This document shows, piece after piece, positions 13,961-30,087 of a stretch of 64,000 nt of DNA. Under the pieces are notes generated by a model. The model was not told the origin of the DNA. It searched no databases and saw nothing but the letters and a program-made list of their open reading frames with translations. The position numbers were made by a program, and so were the translations under genes. Location of the stretch: the NCBI GenBank assembly GCA_951406725.2, contig OX597820.1, positions 35,154,001 to 35,218,000 on the forward strand. The letters run 5' to 3'. Every line of letters starts with the position of its first letter. Position 1 is the first letter of the stretch. The stretch is from Octopus vulgaris (lineage: Eukaryota).

Positions 13961-14515
13961 AAGTTCTGTCTTCCAATTCCTTTTTGAATAGATAGTGATC
14001 TTATTTTAGAATTTAATTAAAATTTTACTTAAACGAACTTTAAAAGAGTTGATTATTTTGGCTCAAATAGGATATTTATACTTGTACAGTGGACATCATT
14101 GTAATACATTTCCTTTTCTTATTCTCTCCTCTGTAACCTGTTTACATAAATAAATACATCACAAAAGCATGCACCTTGCATTTTTGAAAACGTATAAGTT
14201 AGATTACTGGAGATACCACAACGTGAAGTTGTTCTCATCATTTCCTTTAAACACACTCTTCATTTGGCTGTTTTCTTCTATCCCCCGTTGTCAACCAACG
14301 TTTATTTTTATTATTTTCAATGTTTGGTTGTCGCTGACCCATTATTTAAATGCTCGTTTGTTCCTGATAGCTATAGGTGTATGGTAACCATTCTGGTGCT
14401 CTTTGAGATGCTAGAAGTGAAAGCGATTAGCCGGAAGGCGACAGTCAGAGACGGTGGCTTATGTTGCTAATGGACTACACGGCACAGCAGGTTTCCAAAA
14501 ATTGGTACAGATACC

Positions 14516-15017
14516 TGTATATAGAGAAAGGTTGGGGCGTTTAGCGGGTATTGAAAAAAGCCTTGGTATGTAGTGATGCTGCTGTGTAAGGTTCAGCGCA
14601 CACGCGCAGAATGGGATTGCTTCCGGTTGGCCACCGGAAGTCTTCCTCATGCGCATGTGCGGGAAACTGACCCCTAAAACGCGGTTCGCTCACTCATTCT
14701 TTTTCTGGCTCTGGCAGCACCCGTGAACGGACGTGTATTGGCAGTCTCTCTGAGGACTTCTCACCAACCAAGCAGCGAACCCGACGAATCGTTCGACTAA
14801 CAAACAAGAAAGCGAGCAATCAGTGCTGCAGATTCGGCTGTCGGTTTCCCTCCAGAGAACACGTACACCAGTTCTACATTGCGACGAGAAATAAACAACC
14901 ATTTTTGCTGTGTTCGTAGATCGCCTGACTTGTCTGTTATTCTAACTAAATTGAATGTGACGGAATCAGATCGGACACCCCTCCATTGATACCGAAACTG
15001 ATCCTGTTACAGGTACA
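14516..15017 (+). mobile_element. Solo LTR, 502 bp, Gypsy-like
   Basis: Ends tgta...taca; 4-bp TSD tacc at 14512-14515 and 15018-15021; internal aataaa near 14890; GC/CpG-rich relative to flanks. Confidence 0.7.
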
Positions 15018-15815
15018 TACCCAAGGGTGACTATCTGGACAGATGACTTTCATTGCTGAAACAATCGGAGGTGATCTGTTTAGTTATGTCGTATGTGTAT
15101 CAGAGGAAGGTAACTTTTACTAAACAGTGGTAGTCGAATAATATAAGAGAAAGCTGTAATGGGGAAAGTAAGTTTTACAAACGCACACGCACGCGATATA
15201 TGTATATATGCTTAGATACATATGCATTTATCGGTATCTAGCTATCTAAATGTCTGTCTGTCTGTCTGTCTGTCTGCATGTCTGTCTGTGCGTGCGTATG
15301 TGCATGTTCGTATGTATGTATGTATGTATGTAAGTATGTATTTATGTATGTATGTATGTATGTAAGTATGTATGTATGTATGTATGTATGTATGTATGTA
15401 TGTATGTATGTATGTATGTATGTATAAATACGTACATGTGTACGTACAAAATAACAAAGTTTGGAAATCTACAAGCGTAACTTTTTCAGGGGAGGTAACT
15501 CCATATAGTGTTATGTCCCTTGAAATACATATTAAATCTAATATTTATGTATCTGTGCAATTTAGACCTTAAATAGTCCGTGTCTTAGAATTGTATTTTC
15601 TGTAATGAAACCCTGGTAGCCTTACACAGAGTGTATACAGGAAGCAATACGAAGCAAAAAATATTGCTTATATTATGACATTTAGTAACTAAATGTACAT
15701 GTTTGTGTCACCTGAACAGAAGACATATTATATTATATTATATTATATTATATTATATTATATTATATTATATTATATTATATTATATTATATTATATTA
15801 TATTATATTATATTA

Positions 15816-16114
15816 TGTGGAAGAACATGGCCTAGTGGTTAGTGCAGCGGACTCGCGGTCGTGGGATCGCGAGTTCGAATCTCAGACCGGGCGATGTGTG
15901 TGTTTATGAGCGAAACACCTAAGCTCCACACGGCTCCGGCAGAAGGTAATGGCGAACCTCTGCTGACTCTTTCTCCACAACTTTCTCTCACTATTTCCTC
16001 TTGCAGCTCACATGCGACGGTCCGGCGTGCCGTCCAGGTGGGGAACCTGTACATACGTCAAGGAAACCAGGAAATCGGCCCTTATGAGCTAGGCATGGCT
16101 TGAAAAGGAACAAA
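15816..16114 (+). mobile_element. SINE family C, tail type 1, inserted in (TATTA)n
   Basis: tggcctagtggttagtgcagcggactcgcggtc...gagttcgaatc head; tail homologous to the copy at 4202. Confidence 0.9.
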
Positions 16115-17249
16115 TATATTATATTATAATGTAAATTCCTTTATTACGGTGAAACTATTACGGTAGAAGTACTGGGTTAAGAATCCCTGAGGATAGTTAC
16201 AACGCAGTGGATTAGCTGAATCTTTTGTCAATCCCCTATACTGCTTGCACAAAGGCCTTGTGCCTGTATTAGGAACCACCATACACAGCTGTTAATGCTA
16301 TGTAGGACGGTGGACCAGCATGAGAGGGGAAATACAATATATGTTTAGAAACACTGATCTGTAACGAATTTCTTTATTTTAAGTTCGTAATCGATCATTG
16401 TATATATCAACTGAATAAATGTATCAATACTTATCCAGCTATTGATTACTTTTTAATCAATCCTCTTGCTTTACATAGCGTTATTCTTTTTTCATATTTA
16501 TCCTTTTTTCATATTTTAAAATCTTTTTTACACCGTTTTTTCTCTTCAAAGTACAAAGGTGATGAAATAAAAAATGTGACTTCATCTCTTGTCTTTTGTT
16601 GACGACGAAGTGCAGAGTATATCGTGGAATAATTTACTAATCTAAGCATTTTGAGTTCAAATCTCGCTGAAGTCATTCATACACATGATTTTAAAAATAT
16701 CAAGCAGAACTGTATGGATGTTGGACCGGATGCCTTGCAGTGTTTAAACCCCATCATGGCCTAGTTAGTTTGTAGACTTCACCTGTTGCCTAGTTTAGTA
16801 CCTGACAACTTGGGCACCGCTAGAAATAAGATGAGTTGCTCATCACTGGGACGTCTTTGTCCAAAGATTTCTGTGATCAGAGTTTATCTAAGTCATGTCT
16901 GATAAATTAAACATCATCTCATAGATTAATCCGTTATTGTTGTTGTTGTTGTTGTAGTTGTCGTCATCGTTTTTGTTGTCGTTGTTGTTGTTGTTGCTGT
17001 TGTTGTTGTTGTTGTTGTTGTTGTTCTTCTTCTTCTTCTTCTTCTTCTTCTTCTTCTTCTTCTTCTTCTTCTTCTTCTTCTTCTTCTTCTTCTTCTTCTT
17101 CTTGCTGCTGCTGTTGCTATTTGGCTTGATATCGGCTATGTAATCAAAGCTGCTTCAACTGTAGCCATTCACAAAGTTTTGTATATCTATGGTATTATAC
17201 AATGTGTCATTCCTAGTTTTATTTTTCCCAGAGCGGTATTGTTGCAATT

Positions 17250-17483
17250 AAATCGGCGAGCTGGCAGAAACGTTAGCACGCCGGGCGAAATGCGTAGCTG
17301 TATTTCGTCTGCCGCTACGTTCTGAGTTCAAATTCCGCCGAGGTCGACTTTGCCCTTTTATCCTTTCGGGGTCGATAAATTAAGTACCAGTTACGCACTG
17401 GGGTCGATGTAATCGACTTAATCCGTTTGTCTGTCCTTGTTTGTCCTCTCTGTGTTTAGCCCCTTGTGGGTAGTATAGAAATA
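17250..17483 (+). mobile_element. SINE family B, tail type 1
   Basis: Full element; 15-bp TSD ggtattgtt(g/a)caatt at 17235-17249 and 17484-17498. Confidence 0.92.
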
Positions 17484-18412
17484 GGTATTGTTACAATTTG
17501 AAGGAATCCAAGCCATACAGAGAAACGATTATGAATTGCAAAATATAACGTGCTTTCTCTAATTGCTTTAAATCTCTATGCTCTCACGTTTAACAGTTTT
17601 CCTAACAATTTATTTTAGCTGTTCACCAGCATTTGCTCTCTCTCTCTCTCTCTCTGTTTCCTTGTGTGTGTGTGTGTATATAAAAAATACACACACACAC
17701 GCACGTGCATACACACACACACACACACACACAAACACACATACACAGAATAATTATCTGTTCAGCAATGCCGATTGCTGTATCATTCAGCCCGTAATAG
17801 TGCCCAACAGTCTTATTACCTAACCAAGGCTGGCCCATAAAAGCAAATAATTTGTGACTTGTCTATTCGAATAATACTCCTTTTTCTTGGACCGCTTAAC
17901 ACATTCTATATTATTAATTAAATTCACTGCAAACTTGTACTCTATTTCTGTCCACTAACATTTATTTCTAAAATATATTTAGCTTTATCTTTATATCGCG
18001 AACAGATTTAGATATCCTCCAGCTCCCCTGAGACTTTACTCCGTGAAATATCGAGAATATGAGAACGTAGGAAGAGAGGGTTGTGTTAGTACTCAGCTGG
18101 TACTTATTTTCAAGCGAATAGACTGAAATAACGTGATATCTAGATTTTCTCAAGGATACAATACACCATCCGGACTAGGGATCGAACACATGACCTTGTT
18201 TCGGGATCCCAATACCGTAACCGCTAAGCCATGCATTTATTTATAGCAGGTCGAACTCACAAATTCTCCACTTTGTAAATTCGAGAAGATTTAGTGCAGA
18301 ATAATAATTTAAAACTACAATTTTTTATTATGATACAGCTCTGTATATATCGGCATTTAACAACCACACATGAAAATATTTAATATAATTCAATGGTAAA
18401 ATTATACAGCCA

Positions 18413-18628
18413 ACTAAGGCGGTGAGCTGCCAGAATCGTTAGCAAGCCGGGCAAAATGTTTAGCGGCATTTCGTCCGTCTTTACGTTCTGCTTTCAAGTT
18501 CCACCGAGGCCAGCTTTGCCCTTTATCCTTTTGGGGTCGATAAAATAAGTACCACTTAAACACTGGGGTCGATCTAATCGACTTAGCCCGCCTGCCGAAT
18601 TTGCTGCTCCGTGTCAAAACGTGAAAAC
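18413..18628 (+). mobile_element. SINE family B, tail type 2
   Basis: TSD aaaatta(t/c)acagcca at 18398-18412 and 18629-18643. Confidence 0.88.
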
Positions 18629-18907
18629 AAAATTACACAGCCAGAAGGAATAACTCAAAAGATATAGTTCATGAGTTACTTCCCTTGAAATAATTTTGCT
18701 GCTAATGAAATGTCAGACAATTTCTTGTCGACACTAACGCAATAAGAATTTCACTTCCCATCCACATGGTTCTGCCTTCAGTCCTATGCGTGGCACCTTG
18801 GGATAGAGTCTACCGTTATTCCTTTGGGCCGACCAAAATCATGTGAGTGGATTGATTTGATGGAAACTGAAACGTAGTATGTATGTATGTATATATGTAT
18901 TTATGTA

Positions 18908-19638
18908 CCAAACATCCTTGAGTATAGTCCGCCCTTGAGTATAATACGCAGGAGATTTTTAGGGGGCTGTACCTCTGAAAAACCTAAACCTTGTGTATAA
19001 TACGCACCTCTTCTCTAACTTGAGTCAAGGAGGTCTATATAACGTCCTTGGTTTGTAAAAGTGTATACGGTAACGTCCTTCAGTATACGATATAACTGCA
19101 AGTTTAAACATAGCTGAGTAAGATCTACGATGCATTTTATGGGCATGTAATGTATAAAATGTTTTATTGGAGATTAGTGTACAGGTTTAAGTCCCGCTTA
19201 TAAAAAACCCTAGTAAAGACCCACAGTAGTTCAAACATTTAATACTGGTATTTAATTAAGTATCTATTGTTTGCCACGGTATTGATGCAAGCTGCCAATA
19301 CAAACGGCAGGATGAATTATTTAGCGCTAAACTATTAAGTACAATTCGTGCGTAATTAAGCCAGCAGCACCTAGTCGAACAAACATTTCCGCGCATGCGT
19401 AATACAATAATGGTGATGTTCTTAACTGTTATATGGGAATGTAAATATGTTTGCAAATTGTTTTTGTTACATGTTATTCTGTGTTCTGAATACTTTTGTT
19501 TTAATAAATCTTGCTTACTTTAAGTTATGGATGATTCTTTTATGACTTCATCGCTTTCAGACTTAGCTTAAGGTATTTTCGCGCCCGACATCATAAAATT
19601 TTGGGGAAAAAATACGGATTATACTCGAGGATTTACGG
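18908..19638. mobile_element. Tc1/mariner superfamily (Tc2/pogo-like) non-autonomous element
   Basis: Imperfect TIRs ccaaacatccttgagtatagtccg and cggattatactcgaggatttacgg; TA on both flanks; no coding capacity. Confidence 0.8.
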
Positions 19639-20288
19639 TATGTATGTATGTATGTATGTATGTATGTATGTATGTATGTATGTATGTATGTATACGTGTT
19701 TGTGAGTGTGTGTGTAAGAAAGAAAGAGAGAGAGAGAGAAAGAGAGCGGATGTGTTTGCGTCCATGTAACTTATAGGTTAGGCAAAAGAGAACCGATAGA
19801 GTAACAGGCATAAAAATGCACCAGGCTCAAAAGAAATGTAGTGGAGTCGATTTGTTCGACAACAAGTCTTCAAGGTGATGCATCTGCACGGGCACAGTGG
19901 CTGCAATCTAATGAGTGAAACCAGTAAAAGACAAAAAACAACAAAGACTCTAACGACATCACAAAGGCAACATTTTCTCCAATGTTCTACCGATTGTGCC
20001 ATTAATCCCGTATAGACTTTTTTATCCCCTACTTTTTGATATCAATACTGCATCTGTTGCTATCAAGTACTTTAATCATAAGCGCCAGGTAATTAGAAAG
20101 TGCTGATACACTCGAGAGTGCCCTTCACCCAAAACGTAACAAAATGTGCTTGTTTCAGTCATTTTACTGTCATCTCTCATCTCATCTCATCTCATCTCAT
20201 CTCATTTCATCTTCTTCCTCGATTTTTATATTCCTGAGAGGGTGGTGGGGCAGAGTCGTCCTGTATATGTGTACATGATAATATATCT

Positions 20289-20355
<67 letters not shown>

Positions 20356-20900
20356 TTCCTTCTTTCTTCAAGCACAGACACGTTACACACACATACACAA
20401 ACGCAGATACATATCCATAATACTAAAACATAATACATAGGAGATATTTTTTCACAGATTCTAAAACACATTACAGGAATTTATTTGTATCTAAATACCT
20501 TAGAACCGAATGTACAGTGAACGTTCTTTGGGCGGATGAAATCAAGCAATCTAGCAGCCTAACTCAGTAACTGTCTCACAGATGAGCTTCTAAACAACTG
20601 CTGTCAACCAAATTTTTCATACTAGACATTAACTGGCTTTCCATTATGGTAGAATACATTAGTCAAAGTTGCAACACAAAGCGGTCAAATCCGAATCTTT
20701 CAATAAATAAAATAAAATTTCTTGACAACACCATCATGCAAACGTGAGTTTATTTATGAATAGTAATCCAAGTGACATAACTCTGGATATTCAGTAACGA
20801 TGATTTACTTCCCTTGATCACTATTAGCTTCTTACTATATGTCTCATTGATAAGTTGTCATCTCATTGCATTTCAACGCCGACATTTTATATTCCTGATA

Positions 20901-20987
<87 letters not shown>

Positions 20988-21116
20988 TATATATTTATAT
21001 ATATGTGTGTGTGTGTATGTATATGTATATATATGTATGTATATATATTTATATATATGTGTGTATGTGTGTGTGTATGTTTATGTATATATGTACTTGT
21101 GTATATATATATATAT

Positions 21117-21310
21117 CGTTTTGGGATTTGGTTTGCAAGATTCTTTATGTGAGTTCGTGTGTTGAAGCATATTCTGTTGTGTCTGGGGAGAGTCATTTTC
21201 TTTATTCTTATAATTTAACACACTCACCGGTAAAATTTCCACTTATTTCTTATTTTTATTTTCCTAAAATTTTCGTTGCATCTTGCAACCTTTTCAATGG
21301 TCTTGACTCT
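21117..21310 (-). mobile_element. Short dispersed repeat, possibly PLE pLTR; inverted partner at 22277-22388
   Basis: About 110 bp shared in opposite orientation; minus strand has gttgc-aagat-gcaac-gaaa hairpin. Confidence 0.55.
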
Positions 21311-21406
21311 GTCCGTTATTTACACTGCTTTCCTTTTTGTTTGTTTGTGCGCATGTGTGTGGGTCAGTGTGTGTGTGCGTGCCTATACATGCATGCATGT
21401 ACGTAC

Positions 21407-21437
<31 letters not shown>

Positions 21438-21777
21438 TGTATGTATGTATGTATGTATGTATGTATACATGTATGTATGTGTGTATGTATACATGTGTGT
21501 GTATGCATATGTATATATGTATGTATGTGTATGCATCTCTATGTATGTATTCTGCATATTCATGTGCTTGCATGTCTGTGTTTGTGTATTTTCTATGTAT
21601 GTGTGTGTGTGTGAGCGTCTGTTTGTATATGTATGCACCTCTGTCTCCTTGTGTGTGCATGTCTGTGTGCGTGTGTTTTGCAACTATGTACCATGTTTGT
21701 ATGTATGGATGTGCATCTCTATATGTGTGGACCCGTGTCTACATATGTGTCCTTGTGTGGAGTAAAGTGTGTGTGTA

Positions 21778-22168
21778 TGGAAGCACTCCGTCGGTTACGA
21801 CGACGAGGGTTCCGGTTGATCCGATCAACGGAACAGCCTGCTCGTGAAATTAACGTGTAAGTGTAAGTGGCTGAGCACTCCACAGACACGTGTACCCTCT
21901 ACGTAGTTCTCGGGGATATTCAGCGTGACACAGAGAGTGAGAAGGCCGGCCCTTTGAAATACAGGTACAACAGAAACAGGAAGTAAGAGTGAGAGAAAGT
22001 TGTGGTGAAAGAGTACAGCAGGGATCACTACCATACCCTGCCGGAGACTCGTGGAGCTTTAGGTGTTTTCGTTCAATAAACACTCACAACGCCCGGTCTG
22101 GGAATCGAAACCGCGATCCTACGACCGCGAGTCCGCTGCCCTAACCACTGGGCCATTGCGCCTCCCAC
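21778..22168 (-). mobile_element. SINE family C, tail type 2
   Basis: Family C head and body with a different ~200-bp tail ending ggaaccctcgtcgtcgtaaccgacggagtgcttcca; isolated tail piece at 28579-28620 (+). Confidence 0.9.
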
Positions 22169-22385
22169 GTGTGTATATATAGTCATGTGTTACAGTGTCC
22201 ATTTGCGTATGTGCTCGTCCGTTCATATAACCTATGTACCTATCCGTCTGTATGTTGATCTGTTTATTTTCATATCCAAGACGCACGAAAATTTTAGGAA
22301 AAAAATAAGAAATAAGTGGAAATTTCACCGGTGAGAGTGTTAAATTATTAAGCACAAAAATAAAATGATTCTCCCTAGACACACA

Positions 22386-22439
<54 letters not shown>

Positions 22440-22574
22440 TATATACTCTCTCTGTCTCTCTTTCGCTCTTTCTTTACACACACACACACACAAACGCAGA
22501 TACATACAATCTTGCATATATGCATATATATATATATGTGTGTGTGTGTATTTGTATATGCATTTATGAATATA

Positions 22575-22976
22575 CGAGCAAAACGATCCCCGTCCAATGG
22601 ACGATGCTGAGTTGTCAAATATTTAAACCAAATTTTCTCAAGACAACTTGTCCGACCATTTAAGAAACACTGATTTAATGTAAATTTGGGACATCAAACA
22701 GACCGGCTTTTTTTGCGCAAACTGCACGTGTATTTTTCTCGCGTACGAGTTGTATCGATCGCAACAGCTGATGTACTTGCGCGTACAAATGCACATTCCC
22801 ACGGCTTTATCGTTCGCATTCTCACCTGAACTCGATTTTTGTAATGTTTTCAAGACTTATACACGCCCTGATACCGTCGGTATCGACATATCAAATTTGA
22901 GAGCAATCGGATGGAGGATGCCCGAGATCCTAGAAGACACACAAACAGTCAGACAGAACGGAATTTATATAATAGA
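22575..22976 (-). mobile_element. Non-autonomous Helitron, about 400 bp
   Basis: Minus strand A|TCTATTATATAAA start, ccgattgctctcaaatttg motif, 3' hairpin cgtccattggacg and CTCG|T end. Confidence 0.7.
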
Positions 22977-22986
22977 TGTATGTGTA

Positions 22987-23390
22987 GGAGTGGTTGTGTG
23001 GTAAGTAGCTTGCTTATGAACCACATAGTTCCGGGTTCAGTCCCACTGCGTGGCACCTTGGGCAAGCGTCTTCTACTATAGCCTCGGGCCGACCAAAGCC
23101 TTGTGAGTGGATTTGGTAGACGGAAACTGAAAGAAGTCCGTCGTATATATGTATATATATGTATGTGTGTGTGTTTGTATGTCTGTGTTTGTCCCCCCCC
23201 CCCCAACATCGCTTGACAACCGATGCTGGTGTGTTTACGTCCCCGTAACTTAGCGGTTCGGCAAAAGAGACCGATAGAATAAGTACTGGGCTTACAAAGA
23301 ATAAGTCCTGGGGTCGATTTGCACGACTAAAGGCGGTGCTCCAGCATGGGCCGCAGTCAAATGACTGAAACAAGTAAAAGAGTAAAGAGT
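22987..23390 (+). mobile_element. SINE family A, full length, young
   Basis: Near-identical to copies at 9244, 35737 and 43763. Confidence 0.93.
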
Positions 23391-23833
23391 ATATGAAGAA
23401 GATGCTCTGGACATCAACCAGGTTCTCACCGTTCATGTGAATATATATAGAAAGTCGGTAAATAATGTTATTCAGAAGTTGCATACAGCGGTCACTGACC
23501 CGGCCGACTAAGAGCACTCACAACGCCTGAAACTGACCTATTTACCTTCCAATTCTCACGCTACACCCCATTCACGCAGCCTTTCTATTGATATTCTATC
23601 GCTCCGTTTTCATATTCCTCATCATCTTAAGTCCGCTTACTCCAGCCAGAACGAGTAATTAATTGTAATTTCCTGACATGACATGTGAATACTTACTCAA
23701 AACAAAACTTTTTTTTTTCGCTCCTTCATGCAAGAATAAGAAGTAATACTGTGAATTCTTCTCTCACATCATGTAATAGATACTTAAGAAACTTTACACT
23801 TTGCAAACAAATGCAGATTTGATCGCTGGACTC

Positions 23834-23943
<110 letters not shown>

Positions 23944-23944
23944 G

Positions 23945-24000
<56 letters not shown>

Positions 24001-24079
24001 CAGTCAGATAGATGCATGCATACATGCATACATACATACACATATATGTACATATATATGCATATATAGGTATACGTGG

Positions 24080-24838
<759 letters not shown>

Positions 24839-25196
24839 ATATATATTCCATTAGAAAATTTCGTCTAATAACATAATGTAATAGGTATATACTATAAGTG
24901 CTCAATGTGGTTTACCGCTAAAACTTCTGCCTGAACCGCAACAGATCATACACACATACACACATACATACATACATACATACATACATACATACATACA
25001 TACATACATACATACATACATACACACACATACATATATATCAGGATCTTTCTCTCTCTTATGTTTCCGACGAAGAGCTCCGCTCGAAACGTCATACCCT
25101 CCTTCTTCCCTTTTTCCTGAGCGCCTAATAATAATACTTTAATTGTTCCACCTCCTTGTGTTGTTGTTTTTTCTGTTTTCCCGTTTGGATTAACCT

Positions 25197-25228
<32 letters not shown>

Positions 25229-25230
25229 TA

Positions 25231-26228
<998 letters not shown>

Positions 26229-26484
26229 TGTTGGGGGTCATCTTTACCTTGTTACCTCCCCTACTTTCCTTCTCCGTCTGACCCCTCTGTCCGGCACTAG
26301 TCGCCATGATAGATCATTAGCCACTACGCATACTTTTTCTCTCTCCTTGTTTTTTCTGTGTACCTTTCTGTAGAAAAGCGTAGGCTCGAAACGTAAAAGA
26401 CCTTTTCTATTCCTGAGCGTTATACTAATACATCTGTTTGTTTTGTACACCACCTGTCTTCGTCTTTTGTTTTTCGTAAACTTT

Positions 26485-26574
<90 letters not shown>

Positions 26575-26584
26575 CTTTTTCATT

Positions 26585-28560
26585 TTATTAAACTCAGCTT
26601 AAGGGTTGCGGCCATGCTTGTTCTCTGCCACCTGGTGTTGCTACATCTTCATCAATCCTCTTTTAATAGTAGGCATCTAGTGTATACGGGATTTGATGCT
26701 ACTTCCCTCATTCCCATTTCCTGCTGTGAAGTCGGCGCATCTCGGAGTCTCAACGGTAGGAGATCTATTTTAGTTTTGAAGACATCTACATCAACAGCAT
26801 ATAGGCCTTTCAGCTGCTTCGGTGGGATATGGAAGAGCAATAGGTCCTCGAATTTTGACGCAAAGAAGAGATTTTAGGTACTAAGTAATGGTGCCTTGTT
26901 CTGGCGTTTGTTTCACTTTACTCTTTTACTCTTTTACTTGTTTCAGTCATTTGACTGCGTCCATGGTGGAGCAGCACCTTTAGTCGAACAAATCGATCCC
27001 AGGACTTATTCTTTGTAAGCCTAGTACTTATTCTATCGGTCTCTTTAGCCGAACCGTTAAGTTACGGGGACCTAAACACACCAGCGTCGGTTGTCAAGCG
27101 ATGTTGGGGAGACAAAAACACACACAAACACACACATATATACATATACATATATACGACGGGCTTCTTTCAGTTTCCGTCTACCAAATCCACTCACAAG
27201 GCTTTGGTCGGCCCGAGGCTATAGTAGAAGACACTTGCCCAAGGTGCCACGCAGTGGGACTGAACCCGGAACCATGTGGTTCGTAAGCAAGCTATTTACC
27301 ACCGGTGCAAAAGTTTGGGACAAGTCCTTCCAGGACTTTCCAGACGTATATTGCAGCATAGCTTTTCCATCTTCGTTTCAGGAAGTAAAGTCTTAATCTC
27401 TTGAGTCTTTCCCAGTAGCTAATTTACTGCATTGATGCTATCCTCTGCGTGTAGTTTTGCTCGACCGCTTCGAGTTCCGCCACGAATTTAACACTGTGTG
27501 GTGGCTATAGCTGGGAGCAATAGTCAAGACGGCTTAGGACATGGGTCCTCTAGAGGACCGTTCTGGTTTCCTACTCTCTTGTTCTGAAAGTTCTCATAAT
27601 CCATCTGGTCAGCCGCCTGTGTTTCTTGCCAGCTTATGTGATATGCGCACGGAAAGATGCAACACTACTCAGGTCGATAGCCATGTCCCGTTCTGCTTGT
27701 GAATCTAGAACTGCAATCCTCCAGGTCTAATGTACTTTGCCTCCATTGCATTTAACTTCGTCTACTGATAGCATAAAGCTTGGAACTTTCCATCATTAAA
27801 CTGCGCATTATTGTTGTCAGCTCACTTGTATATTGCATCTAACTCTCGTTGCAGGTGCATTCCATCTTCAGGTTTCTGTATTACCTGTGAGGCTTTTTGT
27901 CATCAGAATAGCTTGTGAAGGTGAATGAGGGTATATCTGAAAGGGACACTTTGAACGGTAGTAGCCCCAAGACAGTGCCCTACGGGACACCACTCACTAT
28001 TGGTGTTTCTTTAAAGGTGGTTCCATTGGCCACCACTGCCTGATATTTATCATTTAAAAAGTCGTGTAGCCATTCTCCATGTTTTCTATCTATACCGGAG
28101 TTATGCAGCTTGTGACATCATTCTATGATCGGCTTTATTGAAGGCCTTTGCAAAGTCGATATAGTTGAGTGGTCAAGTAGTTGTTTCACCACTCAGTCAT
28201 AAAGTTGTAAAAGCTATATCAGGTACCTTCTTCCTAGTCTGAAATCATACTAAGTGTCAGTCAACAAATAATTTTCTTTAAGGAACGTGATTAGTTTCCT
28301 ACGGACTAACCATATCCGTTCCATGTCTTTGCTGATATGCAAGGTTAGAGAAATAGGCCTATATTTTCGGCATCCGTTCTGTTAACTCCTTTTCTAACAA
28401 GGCATATAATTCCTTCCTTCAGCTTTCCTGGAACCTTGCCACTTGCAAGGAAACTAGAAGAGAGACTGCGGTGGTTTTGCTAAGGGTCGTTTACACGATT
28501 TTAGAAGGCTTGCTGGAAAAGCCATTATTGCCCTTTATATCGATGTAATCAAGTGTTACT
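26585..28560 (-). mobile_element. Decayed CR1-group LINE (RT domain to 3' end), interrupted by SINE A at 26917-27304
   Basis: Minus-strand motifs IDFAKAF (~28140-28160), SGVP*GTVLG (~27965-27995) and LFHIPPKQLKGLYAVDVDVFKTKIDL; many stops and frameshifts. Confidence 0.8.
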
Positions 28561-28651
28561 GCCTCCCTTCTTATATCTGATCAACTGGAACCCTCGTCGT
28601 CGTAACCACGGGGTGCCACGATATATATATATATAAAGAGAAAGAGAGAGA

Positions 28652-28876
28652 GAGTAATCCCTCACCATATCGTGGTTCGCCTATCGCGGTTTATTATTCA
28701 AGCTTACGTCGATTCCTCCGTGGTGTTGTTTTTGCATTTATAATAAAATAAATATGTACAAATAAAAATAGTAAAAAAATATATATATACAGTACAGTAC
28801 TGTTTTTACTTCGCGGATTTGCACCTATCGCAGTGGGTTCTGGAACATAACATCCGCGATAGACGAGGGATTATTG
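28652..28876. mobile_element. Tigger/pogo-like MITE
   Basis: TIRs agtaatccctc...atcg and cgatagacgagggattattg. Confidence 0.7.
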
Positions 28877-28895
28877 TGTGTGTGTGTATATATAT

Positions 28896-29291
28896 ACTCT
28901 TTTACTCTTTTAGTTGTTTCAGTCATTTGACTGCGGCCATGCTGGAGCACCGCCTTTAGTCGAGCAAATCGACCCGGGGACTTATTCTTTGTAAGCCCAG
29001 TACTTATTCTATCGGGCTCTTTTGCCGAACCGTTAAGTTACGAGGACGCAAACACACCAGCATCGGTTGTCAAGCAATGCTAGGGGGACAAACACAGACA
29101 CACAAACATATACACACAACACATACATATATATATATATATATACATATATACGACAGGCTTCTTTCAGTTTCCGTCTACCAAATCCATTCACAAGGCA
29201 TTGGTCGGCCCGGGGCTATAGCAGAAGACACTTGCCTAAGGTGCCACGCAGTGGGACTGGTTAGCAAGCTACTTACCACACAGCCACTCCT
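28896..29291 (-). mobile_element. SINE family A
   Basis: Full reverse-complement copy with a small deletion in the head. Confidence 0.9.
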
Positions 29292-29663
29292 AATCGTAAC
29301 AGTGCGAAATTTGTGTGCAATTTGGCTGCTATTTTTAGCGAGAAGGCACTGTGGCAGCAGGTACAACAGCAGACGCAGAACCAGCGGCAGCAGCAATAGT
29401 AGCAGCAGCAGCAGGAGCCTCTGGCATAACTGTAGGATGATGATACAGCAATACGTTTGACACACCTTCGCCTCCCCCCCCCACACACACACCACACACA
29501 CCTATCTCTCAACATTATCTGCGGTGTCAACGGTTCATGTGATGGAATCGTGCGAATGGCATCAACGCGAATGTCGGCCAAGTGCCAAATACACCGAAGC
29601 GACACGATGCTTATGTTTTTATTGTTGGAGGAGGAAAACAAACCGCTTCCACAGGTGTTGTTA

Positions 29664-29749
<86 letters not shown>

Positions 29750-29775
29750 ATAATGATGATGATAATAATAATATC

Positions 29776-29830
<55 letters not shown>

Positions 29831-29968
29831 ATAATAATAATAATTATAATGATGATGATGATGATGATAACAGCAACAAATACACACTCTCGCGCGTTTG
29901 TAAGCAGATAATTATGTATATATAATATATATAATATAATACGCAGATGATATACACATACACAAGTA

Positions 29969-30087
29969 CACAAAACGCGCGGGCGCACAAAACGCGCGGG
30001 CGCACAAAACGCGCGGGCGCACAAAACGCGCGGGCGCACAAAACGCGCGGGCGCACAAAACGCGCGGGCGCACAAAACGCGCGGGCG
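29969..30087. repeat. Perfect 17-bp CpG-rich minisatellite (cacaaaacgcgcgggcg) x7
   Basis: Seven identical units abutting a degenerate SINE A head at 30088-30200. Confidence 0.97.

Noticed and set aside
15816-15890. Possible tRNA genes at family C and family A heads
   Set aside because: A/B boxes are present but they continue into SINE bodies, with no proper acceptor stem or poly-T terminator.
29524-29925. Poly-Ser/Asn/Asp ORF
   Set aside because: (TAG)n/(TAA)n/(GAT)n microsatellite read-through.
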